This document shows positions 18,501-28,029 of a DNA stretch of 64,000 bases, one piece after another; position 1 is the first letter of the stretch; each line of letters opens with the position of its first letter. The DNA comes from Poseidonia sp. GTDB taxonomy: Archaea > Thermoplasmatota > Poseidoniia > Poseidoniales > Poseidoniaceae. A program made the position numbers and the translations under genes. Location of the stretch: positions 224,001 through 288,000 of the forward strand of contig CBFIDD010000003.1 in the NCBI GenBank assembly GCA_965661285.1, written 5' to 3'. Under the pieces are notes generated by a model. That model was not told the origin of the DNA, did no database searches, and saw only the letters and a program-made list of their open reading frames with translations.

Positions 18501-20306
18501 CAAGCCGGTGTGATTCCCCGCCATCGTGAGGCCGTCCACATGCACGGCTGCACGGTGAAGTTTGACGGCGGGTTGACTTGGGCTTTCTGCCTCAACGTGG
18601 AGGTTCGTGATGTGGATGCGTCCGCTGGCGCCTACAGGCATGGTGTCGCCGTTGTCAACCTCGAGTGCGGGAAGGTCCAGCGCATTGTCCTCCAAATGCA
18701 CGTTTTCAAGCCAAAGGTCCACCGAATTGACGGCGAGAATGCCGTGGCCGGTCGAGCCAGTGACGATGCACGACCAGCATCGCACATCACCGGATGAAGA
18801 TTCAACATCGTTGGATTCTTCATAATATAGCCCCGCCTGTTCCTCAGCATTTGCTGAGGCCGAGGCACCGTTGTTTTCGGCGGTCAAATTCCAGAAATCA
18901 ATGCGCCGGGCATCCAAGACATGCGCACCTGAATAGCCATTGTCCGATAGGTGCATGCCTTCGATGGCGACGGTGGCACGGTCGACGATGATGCCCTGTT
19001 TTGTGTTGTTGTGGAGGAACCAATCGCTGCCTTGCATGGCGCCTCCAGAAGTGGAATGTACGCCCGGGCCAACCGATCCGGAGACTTCCAAGCCCTCAAA
19101 GGTCGGGGCGAAGAAGGAGGAACGTATTGACACACCGGCTTCGTGAGGCCCTTGGCCGGGGTCGCCGGAATCGCGAACCGTCAAATTGCGGAAGGTGGTG
19201 GTGGCATCCACGAAATACAACCGCACGCCAACGGTGGTGGAATCCTCGATGAGTGTGTCATCAAACCAGGCCCCGGTCGCGTTCACTTCAAGGGCAGCGT
19301 AGCCAATATTGGGCGTTTTTGAGTCGGAGCCGCCCGTTCCTGTGATGGTCAGGTTCGTGAAGTCAGCCGTTTCGTAATTGGTGTAGTTGGTGTGATTGTT
19401 TTTGTCAACATAAACACCGCGGTACATCGAATCACTGATGTGGGCGTGTCGCACCACAGCGTGGGTGTAGCCACCGTCATCGATGTGTCGGATGACCATG
19501 CCGGTATCGGATTTGGCAATACTGATGTTCGTGAGTAGCGGTTGGCTGTCCTCAACCCAAATACCGGCGACCATGGCCCAAGTAGAGCCCGTACAATTGT
19601 CGATGGTGATGCCCTGAATCAAACCGCCCGAGCCGCCCCAGATGTTCACGGCTCTGGTCAAGATGTCTGAGAACACGGCCCGATTGACGATGGGTGTTGA
19701 ACCGTCGCCAACGGAGAGACCCAAACCGTAGCGCCAATCGTTTTGGAAGCCAAGGTCTCGACCTGCACGGTCGACGTAGAGGTCCGTGATGCTCGGGGAT
19801 GCTGAGTTGAACAGGTCAACAGCGACCCGGTCGGGGTTGACCACAGTCAGGTTCTCGATGACGGGGTTGGACCCGTAGATGGTCACGCCGTAAATGGCGT
19901 CCTCGATGGTTAAGTTTTGAATGAGCGAGCCGCGCCCGGATGAGGAGGCGTTGAACTGGACGCCTTCGTGGTCGCTAAGGCCTGCGGCTTCGATGATGAC
20001 CGGACAGGATTGGGTGCCGAGCACCGTGAGGCGACCGTCCACGACGATGCGATCGTTGGCGGGAATCCGCACCACCGTACAGGGCTGGATGATGACTTCA
20101 TCCGCTACGCCGATGGTGTAAGTCCCCGTCAGGGTTTGGGTACCTGACCAAGTGGTTTGCGCTCGCCCTTGGGTGAAGTGAGGGTTGACCTCGTCGCTGG
20201 TCACCACCGAGGTGGGCGCTGCCGGTGTCATGTGCATCCCGAGGGGAAGAAGAAACAACAGAACGAGCCATAAAGCGAGGGAAATATCGGGCTCTCCTCG
20301 CTTCAT
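15543..20306 (-). CDS. Giant membrane-anchored surface protein: right-handed beta-helix followed by PKD/Ig-like repeats
   Basis: Signal peptide; beta-helix-like Asn/Gly-rich strands; repeats of the type S.D.D.D.LTY.W.SS.DG and G.H.ITL.V.D; C-terminal TM then RRRR. Start 20306 from upstream TTTGAAG; the ORF track starts at 20345. Confidence 0.75.
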   Translation of the reverse strand: MKRGEPDISLALWLVLLFLLPLGMHMTPAAPTSVVTSDEVNPHFTQGRAQTTWSGTQTLTGTYTIGVADEVIIQPCTVVRIPANDRIVVDGRLTVLGTQSCPVIIEAAGLSDHEGVQFNASSSGRGSLIQNLTIEDAIYGVTIYGSNPVIENLTVVNPDRVAVDLFNSASPSITDLYVDRAGRDLGFQNDWRYGLGLSVGDGSTPIVNRAVFSDILTRAVNIWGGSGGLIQGITIDNCTGSTWAMVAGIWVEDSQPLLTNISIAKSDTGMVIRHIDDGGYTHAVVRHAHISDSMYRGVYVDKNNHTNYTNYETADFTNLTITGTGGSDSKTPNIGYAALEVNATGAWFDDTLIEDSTTVGVRLYFVDATTTFRNLTVRDSGDPGQGPHEAGVSIRSSFFAPTFEGLEVSGSVGPGVHSTSGGAMQGSDWFLHNNTKQGIIVDRATVAIEGMHLSDNGYSGAHVLDARRIDFWNLTAENNGASASANAEEQAGLYYEESNDVESSSGDVRCWSCIVTGSTGHGILAVNSVDLWLENVHLEDNALDLPALEVDNGDTMPVGASGRIHITNLHVEAESPSQPAVKLHRAAVHVDGLTMAGNHTGLDWQGDNNGQFASYLNNTVFSGTDCAVFDGHTFLAGHGNRISTGCTGDLTFTNSQVNWSAFTDDRGATGSPTVLDLDASSTLHLHQPVGVSYASAVLASGAQLDIAWDLTVWVVNNYSNGVPGATVNVTFDAYEPAFTLPANDIGQLFLPDFIGQRWTSTGESSYNVANIDCGYSGVANSTSTTFDQDRVVYCHLPLANQAPFIHWTTPEDSSVFPSQAEVEFNASDSWDLDNDALTYEWTSSVDGLFATQTDMFRVNNLVSGISLSDGIHEVTLEICDPTHCVSETRTIELVNFAPVLVVDFEPALNPWSELIMPQTGTVTVNTTGTYDPEGDDFACLITFSGYNRQGHGWGNQWGCPEELTYTFDHVDDDPPASFTMTVLAWDEVGNNATYSVPVMLYNEIPDPVFTVNRSSSASEALVTLDGSATVDPEGDALTTTFTSSLDGLLQVGSALVWEGHLSRGVHTITMEVTDDRAEHANQSKTASILLTVDNAEPVAVIASPPAQTFDSSELISFSANGSGDYDAACSTFPTEGEWVCAEVEPATGSEFLVVTWMSSLDGRLTPEGEDWLLFERRLSAGEHEITLSVDDGIHDPITTTRTVTVTPSAPVLGLVSPQPGTVHPSSTMFMLDVSQSVDYDGDNFTITLRSSEASDPLLVDVDPNEQHAFTLNAGEHQMTVTLTDDTGASRDEGFALTVVESAPVLVLISPENRQSIVPGGALLLEEASYDADNDLTVREWRRYAPELSEPEVLSTRSKDELTGLQPGEYHLSLYVEDARGNSVEQHVNITLQSSLPSLDRDSLVLSSETFTQDELNTLTVRIALSDPDGTTSDVRVNITLGIQQWEANLSDEDGDGVWEGVIEWRPETTGRPLLKIVAKDGVGENANIDFMSRNLIVEAPEDDMRGLLLAGAALGLVSIAGLVAFMVARRRRALEEIDLLTSWDAFKAPSEKATSEEKSVPVLEGNAMDGTQEVQAEAESGLDLDLD

Positions 20307-20407
20307 ACCTTCAAGGGAGCCGTCTTCCCTCTTCAAAGGTCGCATGTTTTGTCCAGCGGCATCTCAAGGGAGTAACCCATAAGACCCGATTTCCAATCCA
20401 TTAAAGC

Positions 20408-20641
20408 ATGCCCGAGGCTTTTGTCCTGTTCAAAACAGAACCAACCCATGAACGAGAGGTGTACCTTTCGCTTATGGAACACGATGATGTCGCCGAAGTT
20501 CACGCGCTCTACGGCGAATTTGACCTGCTCGTACGCATCACATCTCCAACCTCGAAAGAACTCACCACACTCCTGATGCAGTCCTTTCGAAAAATCGACG
20601 GCGTGAAAGAAACACAAACGCTGATTGCGGTGGAGGCCTGA
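20408..20641 (+). CDS. Lrp/AsnC ligand-binding-domain-only protein
   Basis: AFVLFKTEP...EVHALYGEFDLLVRI...IDGVKETQTLI; no HTH. Confidence 0.85.
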   Translation: MPEAFVLFKTEPTHEREVYLSLMEHDDVAEVHALYGEFDLLVRITSPTSKELTTLLMQSFRKIDGVKETQTLIAVEA

Positions 20642-20643
20642 CC

Positions 20644-20877
20644 ATGGCCATCGGATTTGTACTCATGACCACCTTGCCGGGAGAAGAAGCACATGTTCGT
20701 GATGCGCTCAGCAAGGTGGATTTGGTCACCGACCACTGGATGCTGTTTGGCGAGTACGACCTCATCGCTCGTGTTCAAGCCGACGAGGAGTACGCCCTCA
20801 CACGATGCATCGTTGAGGAAATCCGTCAGCTTCCCGGCATCAAAGAAACAAAAACGCTCATCGGCGCAGAACTCTGA
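20644..20877 (+). CDS. Lrp/AsnC ligand-binding-domain-only protein (paralog)
   Basis: GFVLMTTLPG...LFGEYDLIARV...LPGIKETKTLI. Confidence 0.85.
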   Translation: MAIGFVLMTTLPGEEAHVRDALSKVDLVTDHWMLFGEYDLIARVQADEEYALTRCIVEEIRQLPGIKETKTLIGAEL

Positions 20878-20879
20878 GT

Positions 20880-23093
20880 TCACAGCACCCGATGCAAACG
20901 TTGGGTGACGGCTCGAGCAGCCTTGGTGCAGCCCGCTTGGCGAAACCAACGTGCAGATTCACGGAGGGCTGATGCCGATGCGTTCGGGTCAAGGTGGCCT
21001 TTGAGGTACCACCAACGAGCGGCGTACCGATGGCCGGGAGCGCCGCCTTCCAGCCAAGCAGAGGGTGATGGAAGCGAGGCATGAATTTCGGCGGCCCGTC
21101 CGCGGTGGTCTGCCACGAGGTGTTCTGCATACGTCAGCCCGACAACGGCTGCGTGAAACGGTGAGGATTGGGCGGCGACCGCCTGGTCGTACGCCTTCTG
21201 AAGTGCGTCGGACGTTGTGCGACCGAACGCAAGGTTGGCCTTGAATTTGGCATGGAGAACGATGGGGTCGTGTGCGTGACTCAACGATTCGAGCCCTTCG
21301 ATGAGCGAATCCACCTGATTGGCGTCCTTGTTGAACAGGGCTAAGGTCAGGCGGACGAGGGTGATGCTCACGGTGATGGACGCCCGAGAAGTCATGTCGT
21401 CCGGCAATCGGATTCGGCTCAGCACGCGTTGAACGTCGTCGCCCTCGATGGTTTTGGGCTGGTCGAAGACCCTGTCCTCAATGCGTTGCACGGCCGCACG
21501 CAGGAGCCAGCGCACACCATCAAGGTCGGATGCATCGTCAAGTTGGGCCTCCAACAGACGTTCCGCTTCCTGCTCATTCCCCTCGATTCGAGCCAATTCG
21601 TAGGCCAGTTCATTTCTCAGGGACGGAGCGTGAACACGACGCAGATGCTGACGTGCAATCGCTGGCTCTTGGCGGTGGACGGCGATTCTGCCCGCCCAGT
21701 ACTGCAGGTTTTCTTGGTCGGGTCGATGCGAAGTGGCCCGGTCAAAGATGACCGCCATAGCGCCGCTCTGTTCGAGCATCAGCGATTCAAAACGCTCGGC
21801 CATCCCCTCTGCGAACCGATCGTCATCGAGCGCCATCGTATGGTAGAGATGAAGAACGGCGTAAGCAGGTTGGTCAAGGTGGTTGGCCCAGTGGTCAGCT
21901 GCGGCTTGATGAAGCGAACGCAGACGGTCTTCGTCGAGCATCGTGCGTCGAACATTGCGAATCAAGTGCTGAATTTCAAGCGAGGTATCGTCGTCGGTCC
22001 ACCGAAGTAAAGCCCGTTCATCGAGTTCGCCAATGGAAGAGGCGCCAGGCACCATCTCGGCCGAAAGCGGCCGGGGAAACAGGACCATCCCGTCCATGGC
22101 TTCCAAAACATCGTCATCGAGACCCTCAAGCATGGTTTGTTCAACAAAGGCTTGGATGTCTTCACCGGCTTCAGGCAGTTGGTCGCCTTCCCGATAGAGG
22201 TTCAGTGCCATGGGGTGGCCGTCAAGGGCTTTGGCCACGTTCAAACGATGTGAGGCATCCATGTGGTCGCCCAGCAAATCCTTAGCATCCTTCGCATCGA
22301 GTGTTTCGAGTTTCAGCATCGCCCAGTCTACACCCTCCGGAAGCGGGAGTCGGCCGGCGACAACCACGGTTTGTTCATTGGCGCGAAGGTCGTTGAGCAG
22401 GTCCAAAACAGCCGCCTGATGACGCCGTTCCAGCAGGTGAAGGTCGTCCACAATGAAGACCTGTTGGCCCGATTGTGCAATGTGTTCAACCATCGCTTCC
22501 GGGTCAACCGGAAGGGGAGAGGTTTCAGGAAACCAAGCCTGCATCAAGGTGTGCGCATCGCTGAGCGAATCCACCGTGGCCCAACGAACGGGTTGTTGGC
22601 TGGACTGCGCAGCCCACGCCTTCAGAAGCGTGGTCTTACCAACACCAGAAAGCCCGCCAATCGCCACGCGGTTTGCCTTACCGACCACCCGATTGAGTTG
22701 CTCAAGTTCCTGTTGTCGACCGATGAGATGGAACGCAGGTGGCCCCGATTCTGGAACGGATTCAGCCATCTCCTCTTGCGGATGATCAGCCAGCCAGCCA
22801 CGACCCTGTTCCGTGATGTGGTACACCTGCCTCCGACGAGAACCTCCACCCAGCACGTGGGCGACACGCACCACGATGAGACCGTCGTCCAGCAGCGCCT
22901 TCAGCGGTTGATTCAGTCCCGAGCGGACCACACCCATCGCTTCTGAAAGCCCAGGTAAGGACACCGAGCGAGGAACGTCCCAAGCCTCTGCAAGCGCATC
23001 GGGAAAGGTCCCGAGGTAGCGCAATAATTTCTCTTGAGAACGGCTCAACATGGAAAGAACAGGAGAGGCTTGCGCGCCTCCTTCATCAAACAT
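20880..23093 (-). CDS. STAND-class ATPase with N-terminal winged HTH and helical/TPR-like C-terminus
   Basis: wHTH (RRRQVYHITEQGR), LIGRQQEL, Walker A GLSGVGKTT, Walker B FIVDDLH, GHPMAL (GxP). Start uncertain (23093 or 23051). Confidence 0.75.
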   Translation of the reverse strand: MFDEGGAQASPVLSMLSRSQEKLLRYLGTFPDALAEAWDVPRSVSLPGLSEAMGVVRSGLNQPLKALLDDGLIVVRVAHVLGGGSRRRQVYHITEQGRGWLADHPQEEMAESVPESGPPAFHLIGRQQELEQLNRVVGKANRVAIGGLSGVGKTTLLKAWAAQSSQQPVRWATVDSLSDAHTLMQAWFPETSPLPVDPEAMVEHIAQSGQQVFIVDDLHLLERRHQAAVLDLLNDLRANEQTVVVAGRLPLPEGVDWAMLKLETLDAKDAKDLLGDHMDASHRLNVAKALDGHPMALNLYREGDQLPEAGEDIQAFVEQTMLEGLDDDVLEAMDGMVLFPRPLSAEMVPGASSIGELDERALLRWTDDDTSLEIQHLIRNVRRTMLDEDRLRSLHQAAADHWANHLDQPAYAVLHLYHTMALDDDRFAEGMAERFESLMLEQSGAMAVIFDRATSHRPDQENLQYWAGRIAVHRQEPAIARQHLRRVHAPSLRNELAYELARIEGNEQEAERLLEAQLDDASDLDGVRWLLRAAVQRIEDRVFDQPKTIEGDDVQRVLSRIRLPDDMTSRASITVSITLVRLTLALFNKDANQVDSLIEGLESLSHAHDPIVLHAKFKANLAFGRTTSDALQKAYDQAVAAQSSPFHAAVVGLTYAEHLVADHRGRAAEIHASLPSPSAWLEGGAPGHRYAARWWYLKGHLDPNASASALRESARWFRQAGCTKAARAVTQRLHRVL

Positions 23094-23158
23094 CCCCACC
23101 GTTGCTCCGCTGAGCCCACAGGGTTGCCCTTTTGAGTCAGGGCAGGCGTGGGAAGACC

Positions 23159-24883
23159 ATGCCCGTGGACTTGGCTTCGGCTGACCTTCCACACGAACCT
23201 GGCGTTTACCTCTTCAAAACCGAACAGGGCAGGGTGCTCTATGTGGGCAAGGCCACGCGCCTCAACGAGCGCATTCGGTCCTACTTTGCGTCCAACCCCG
23301 ACCGCCACATGATTCCAGAGCTCGTCGCTCGAGCCGACGATATCGAGTGCATCGTCACCCAAACGCCGCAGGCGGCCCTCGTGCTCGAGCGTCAGTTGAT
23401 TCGAGAACACATGCCGCGATTCAATTCCATGTTGAAGGACGACAAATCCTTCCCGTACCTGGCCATGACCAACCACGAGTTCCCACGCATCATTTACTCT
23501 CGGCGACCACCCAAAAATGCGCAACAGTGGGGGCCGTTTCCCAATGCAGGTGCTGCCAAACAGGTGATGCAGTTGCTTCGACGCCAGTTCGGTATCCGTG
23601 ACTGCAAAGAACTGCTCCCCCAAGGGTGCCTCTCCATGCACATCGGCCTGTGCGCTGGACCTTGCATTGACGGGACGGGATACGACGAGCGAGTCAAGGC
23701 CGTCCGTCGCATCTTGAACGGCGACGCCGCACCGTTGCTGGAGGAACTTGTGGCCCAGATGGACGCTGCTTCCGACGCCCAAGCCTACGAGGAAGCGGCG
23801 CATCATCGCGATATGATTCGTGCGGTCCGTGCGACCACAGGCCAGCACATCGTTTCGAGCAAGGTTTACCGGGACTGTGACGCCATCGGCATCGCCTGCG
23901 AAGGTGACCTCGCTGCCATCGTGGTCCTCCATGCCGACGAAGGCATCGTCCAGGGCCAGGAATCGTGGCCCGCCGTCCACCGAGGTGATATCGGTGAAAC
24001 CGTCTCCATGTTCATTTCCGAACATTACTCGCATCGCACACCACCGAGATTGATGCTCTCTCCAGTACCGGTGTTTGACGGCCTCCAGTCCTGGCTCAAC
24101 GAACGGCGCGGTTCTTCGGTGGAGGTGCGTACGCCCCAGCGAGGCGACCTGGAGAACCTCGCCACGCTCGCTCGCCAAAACGCCGAGATACAACTTCAGC
24201 GACTCGCCAACAAATCCAGTGGCTCCCTCGAACAACGGGCTGCCGATGAAGGCGCGAAAACCCTCGGCATGACGCAATTGGACCACATCGTCTGCTTTGA
24301 CATGGCCCAACTTCAGGGCGACGAGCGGGTGGGCGCGAGCGTCGTGATGCGCAACGGGCGACCAGCGAAGAAAGAGTACCGGAAATACGTCGTCAAAGGC
24401 GAGGCCCTCGACGACCTTCGCATGATGAAAGAAGTCGTGGTCCGCTGGGCGAAGCGACAGGAGGAGTGGCCCGACTTGCTGCTCATCGACGGAGGTGAAA
24501 CCCACCTGAGCACCATTCAACAAGCCCTTGAGGAGCACGGCTGGGCCGACCGCTTCCCCTTGGCGGCGCTGGCAAAGCGTGAGGAAACCATCTTCCGAAA
24601 CGGGATGGAGCCGTTGGTGCTCGACCGCACCGGTCGTGTGCTGGTCCACGCCAGGGATGAAGCCCACCGTTTCGTCAACGCCTTCCACCGAAAGCGCAGG
24701 AGTCGCAGCCGACTCGCTGACCCGCTGGAGGGTGTGGAGGGATTGGGCGCGAAAAAACTCCAAACGCTCTTACGTCATTTCGGAGGACGTAAAGGAATCG
24801 AGCACGCCACCGTTTCGGAATTGGAAACCGTCCCCGGCATCGGCCCGTCCTTGGCCGGTCGGATTTACGAGGCAATGCGCTAA
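23159..24883 (+). CDS. uvrC: Excinuclease ABC subunit C
   Basis: LPHEPGVY...LYVGKA..L..RIRSYF, LKDDKSFPYL, PDLLLIDGG, RDEAHRF, C-terminal HhH motifs. Confidence 0.95.
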   Translation: MPVDLASADLPHEPGVYLFKTEQGRVLYVGKATRLNERIRSYFASNPDRHMIPELVARADDIECIVTQTPQAALVLERQLIREHMPRFNSMLKDDKSFPYLAMTNHEFPRIIYSRRPPKNAQQWGPFPNAGAAKQVMQLLRRQFGIRDCKELLPQGCLSMHIGLCAGPCIDGTGYDERVKAVRRILNGDAAPLLEELVAQMDAASDAQAYEEAAHHRDMIRAVRATTGQHIVSSKVYRDCDAIGIACEGDLAAIVVLHADEGIVQGQESWPAVHRGDIGETVSMFISEHYSHRTPPRLMLSPVPVFDGLQSWLNERRGSSVEVRTPQRGDLENLATLARQNAEIQLQRLANKSSGSLEQRAADEGAKTLGMTQLDHIVCFDMAQLQGDERVGASVVMRNGRPAKKEYRKYVVKGEALDDLRMMKEVVVRWAKRQEEWPDLLLIDGGETHLSTIQQALEEHGWADRFPLAALAKREETIFRNGMEPLVLDRTGRVLVHARDEAHRFVNAFHRKRRSRSRLADPLEGVEGLGAKKLQTLLRHFGGRKGIEHATVSELETVPGIGPSLAGRIYEAMR

Positions 24884-27800
24884 CGAGACAGCTCGTCGAT
24901 GAAGGCCATATCCTCAATGGTCTCGCCGTGCCGCAGGGCCGGGCTTGAGAAGCCTGCCAAGTCAGCAAATTCGTGGTCGCCGATTTGGGCTTTGGTGACC
25001 GCCGCCTGACGATTGGCCAGCGCCGCCTTCTTTTTCTTCTTCTTACGACGGCGACGACGAATGAACATGACGAGCAAAATCAGGACGAGGGTGGGATAGA
25101 CCCAGAACTGGATGAGGAAATAAATCCACCCGACTTGAATCCGGAACGTCAAGTCGTCTTCGAATTCGCCGGGAGGCACGACGTAGGTGATGGTTTGTCG
25201 CCCGCCGTCTTCGGTGATGATCACGTGGCCTGCAGAGGAGGTGACGTCCACGACCGTAATGCCCCGTGGGAGGGTGAACGTGATTGGACCGGAATAGGCT
25301 GCGTCCTTGATGGGTGAATTCACGGCGTCGTCCCCGCTGCCGAACTCATCGGGTAGATCCGTGCTGATAACACCCGTTGAGATGGTAATCGTCTCCTCAT
25401 TCGCAGGAGGATAGGTCACGCCATCCCCGCTGACAACGGAGCCGCGAAGCCCCTTCGTGAGCAGGCCGGCGGCCATCTGTACCGGTTGGTGGAACACGGA
25501 CTGGAGGCTGCTGGTGACAATGCTCACCTTCAGGTCTTCAGGAGCGGTTTCCGTCATTTCGCCCCAACCAGTGCCTGAACCGATGGTGAATTCAACTTCA
25601 GGAATCACGAGGGACAGCGTGATGGGCTCGTCGTCGCTGACCACATCATCAGGCGCTTCGATTCCTGAGATGGACGTCCGAAGTTCAAACGCAGACAGGT
25701 CAACCTCGCCAAAGGGATTGCTTTCATTTTCTGCAATGAGGGTTCCTGCGCCGTGGATGGCGTCCGTGACAATCTCGCCCAAGCGTTTTGCGAGGTCTTT
25801 CATGCCCTGTCGAGTGGCGATGAGTTCGAGGTCGTCGCAGTCGCTAAAGTACTCCCCAGAATCCTCGCTTTCGCACCACGGAATGGGTACCGTAGCATCG
25901 AGTGGGTCGTCCATTCGACTCGAGAGGTCAATGATCAGGCGAAGCAAGTCCGAAGGCAAGGCCTCCATCTGACCGCACGCCTCGATATCCTCGCCCTCAT
26001 AACAACGCTCGCCGTCAACGAAGCCGATGCGGTAAACGTTCAAATCTGCTTCAAGCGCCATGGTCACGCTGAAGGAAGCGCTCCATTCGTTGAAGTTCAC
26101 TTTGGAAAGGTCGAATTTCACATCGGACTGAACGCACGTGCTCTGATTGGCAAAACAGACGACCCGGCCGTCATCGTCCGTAATTTCATGCTCCCAGTCA
26201 TAGGGGTCGGTCCCTGTGAGCGAGAGGTCGAGTGAACCTGTGGAGTCAACGGTCTTCGTCAGCGTGATGCTTGACGTACCGTCCACGGTGGTCACCCAAG
26301 TTGGCAGTATGATGTCCACGGTCAAGTCCGTAGGTGGGAGACCGCTCAAATCGATGGTGTTGAGCAACGACTCCCCAATGATCGCTTCAATGGAAAACCC
26401 TGCGTTCATCAAGCGTTCCAGGTCACTGCTCTGGACGTTCTCGAGGAAGTCCACCACAGAAGAATTCTCATCGTCCATCTGAGCGATGATGATGTCAATG
26501 AATCGCATGGAAAAGGGTTGACTGGTGGTTTGGAGGTAGATGGGGTAGTCCCCGTTCATGGCGTTGGGACCTTGAAGGCAATAATGCAGCACCTGTCCTG
26601 CTGCCATCGGTTCACTGCATCCAGTTGAATGGCTGTAGTTCAAGCCTCCTTCACTGTCAAAAATACCTGTGCCGTCGGTGGACGAAACCCACTGCAGGTC
26701 GCTCATGGTGATGTCGCCCACGCCAGCGATGGTGGTGCCAAGGTCTTCCACGATGTCGCCAACGGGGAACTGGTCGGTGAATTGCGTCAAGTCCACGATG
26801 TCGTTATGATAGGCCAGTCGAATACCGTCTGAGGTGATGACGGGTATGGTTGCTGATGAAGAGACGTCGAACATGTTGATGCCCCAATTGTTGAGTGTTT
26901 CCTCGTCCAAGTAGGACAGGCCTGCTGCGAAATTGATGGTCGCCTCGGATTCGTCGGTCAAATCGAGCACAAGGTTGAGGTTGATGGCTTTGCTGCCCGG
27001 TTCGACGTACACCGTGGGCGTGTCCGTTGAATTTCGGTGCGCCAATTTCAGGTCAACGGTTTGGACGAGATCGCCGTCGGTTTCCGTTGCCTCCAGGTGG
27101 TCAATGGACCATTCCGCCGCCATAAAGTTGGGCGGACCGGCACGGACCAAGAGGGTGCCTTGCGAATCTACCCCTTTGACCGTTGAGTACGACGACGGGT
27201 TGATGACAAAGTCTGCTTTGTGCCCCGGCTTGGTCGTCAAATCAAAACTGGTGTTCACTTCAGCACCCATCGTGAGCAGACCTCGGTAGGTTCGCTCCAA
27301 GTCAAGGTTCTCGGACCCAACGAGGTTGAAATTGCTGGCAAGCAGGTCGACAGAAGCGGTGGCCCGGAAACACAACGGTGGCTCAAAGACGTTGTTTTCA
27401 CTCGCACCTTCGGCTTGAGAATCGCCGTCGGGTGCGGATGAACACGTTGTGGTCAAACCGCCGGTTGTGAAGGAATCCACATAGGCGGTTGAAAGACTCG
27501 TAACTGTGCCAAAGCCAGATTCAAGGGCTTCTTCAATCGCTTCATGAACCTCACTTTGCAACTTTTGACCGACCGTTGAGGCGCCGTCGGACTGGTCAAA
27601 ATAATGCCGAATAAGGTCTGCCGGTGCACCGTCGTTCTCATCCAAACCGTCGGTCGATTCGAGGGTATCGCCGACCGTTGTGCCGGAACCAAAGCCGAGT
27701 GAATCCCGTTCAAACTCGCGCACAGCCCAGGTGAGTTCAAGTTCAATCGAGGAGGTGGAAATGAGGTCAAACTCGTAGGTACCCTCGACCCAATCCTGTT

Positions 27801-27978
27801 GATGAGGGGTCATGTCGTCGGCGTGGTCGTAGGTGTCGCAACCCGTCCCGTCGCCGACGCAGGATTGCATCCCTGTCGCACTGACCACCGGTGCAAAGAG
27901 TTGGAGCGTGAACAAGCACACCAGCATTAGCGAAAGGCCGTGCTTTGAAGCGTGCGAAGGGGGCGCTGAGGTAGTCAT
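24880..27978 (-). CDS. Large acidic membrane-anchored extracellular protein, function unknown
   Basis: 1032 aa; N-terminal signal peptide, D/E/T-rich body, C-terminal TM followed by RRRRRKKKKKK. Confidence 0.7.
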   Translation of the reverse strand: MTTSAPPSHASKHGLSLMLVCLFTLQLFAPVVSATGMQSCVGDGTGCDTYDHADDMTPHQQDWVEGTYEFDLISTSSIELELTWAVREFERDSLGFGSGTTVGDTLESTDGLDENDGAPADLIRHYFDQSDGASTVGQKLQSEVHEAIEEALESGFGTVTSLSTAYVDSFTTGGLTTTCSSAPDGDSQAEGASENNVFEPPLCFRATASVDLLASNFNLVGSENLDLERTYRGLLTMGAEVNTSFDLTTKPGHKADFVINPSSYSTVKGVDSQGTLLVRAGPPNFMAAEWSIDHLEATETDGDLVQTVDLKLAHRNSTDTPTVYVEPGSKAINLNLVLDLTDESEATINFAAGLSYLDEETLNNWGINMFDVSSSATIPVITSDGIRLAYHNDIVDLTQFTDQFPVGDIVEDLGTTIAGVGDITMSDLQWVSSTDGTGIFDSEGGLNYSHSTGCSEPMAAGQVLHYCLQGPNAMNGDYPIYLQTTSQPFSMRFIDIIIAQMDDENSSVVDFLENVQSSDLERLMNAGFSIEAIIGESLLNTIDLSGLPPTDLTVDIILPTWVTTVDGTSSITLTKTVDSTGSLDLSLTGTDPYDWEHEITDDDGRVVCFANQSTCVQSDVKFDLSKVNFNEWSASFSVTMALEADLNVYRIGFVDGERCYEGEDIEACGQMEALPSDLLRLIIDLSSRMDDPLDATVPIPWCESEDSGEYFSDCDDLELIATRQGMKDLAKRLGEIVTDAIHGAGTLIAENESNPFGEVDLSAFELRTSISGIEAPDDVVSDDEPITLSLVIPEVEFTIGSGTGWGEMTETAPEDLKVSIVTSSLQSVFHQPVQMAAGLLTKGLRGSVVSGDGVTYPPANEETITISTGVISTDLPDEFGSGDDAVNSPIKDAAYSGPITFTLPRGITVVDVTSSAGHVIITEDGGRQTITYVVPPGEFEDDLTFRIQVGWIYFLIQFWVYPTLVLILLVMFIRRRRRKKKKKKAALANRQAAVTKAQIGDHEFADLAGFSSPALRHGETIEDMAFIDELSR

Positions 27979-28029
27979 CGCCCCTCCTAAGGTCGGGAAC
28001 TTGAAAGGCGTTACCCTCTCACCCCCGCC

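Noticed and set aside
23045-24763. 572-aa minus-strand ORF
   Set aside because: Antisense shadow of uvrC with no recognisable motifs; expected in GC-rich coding DNA.
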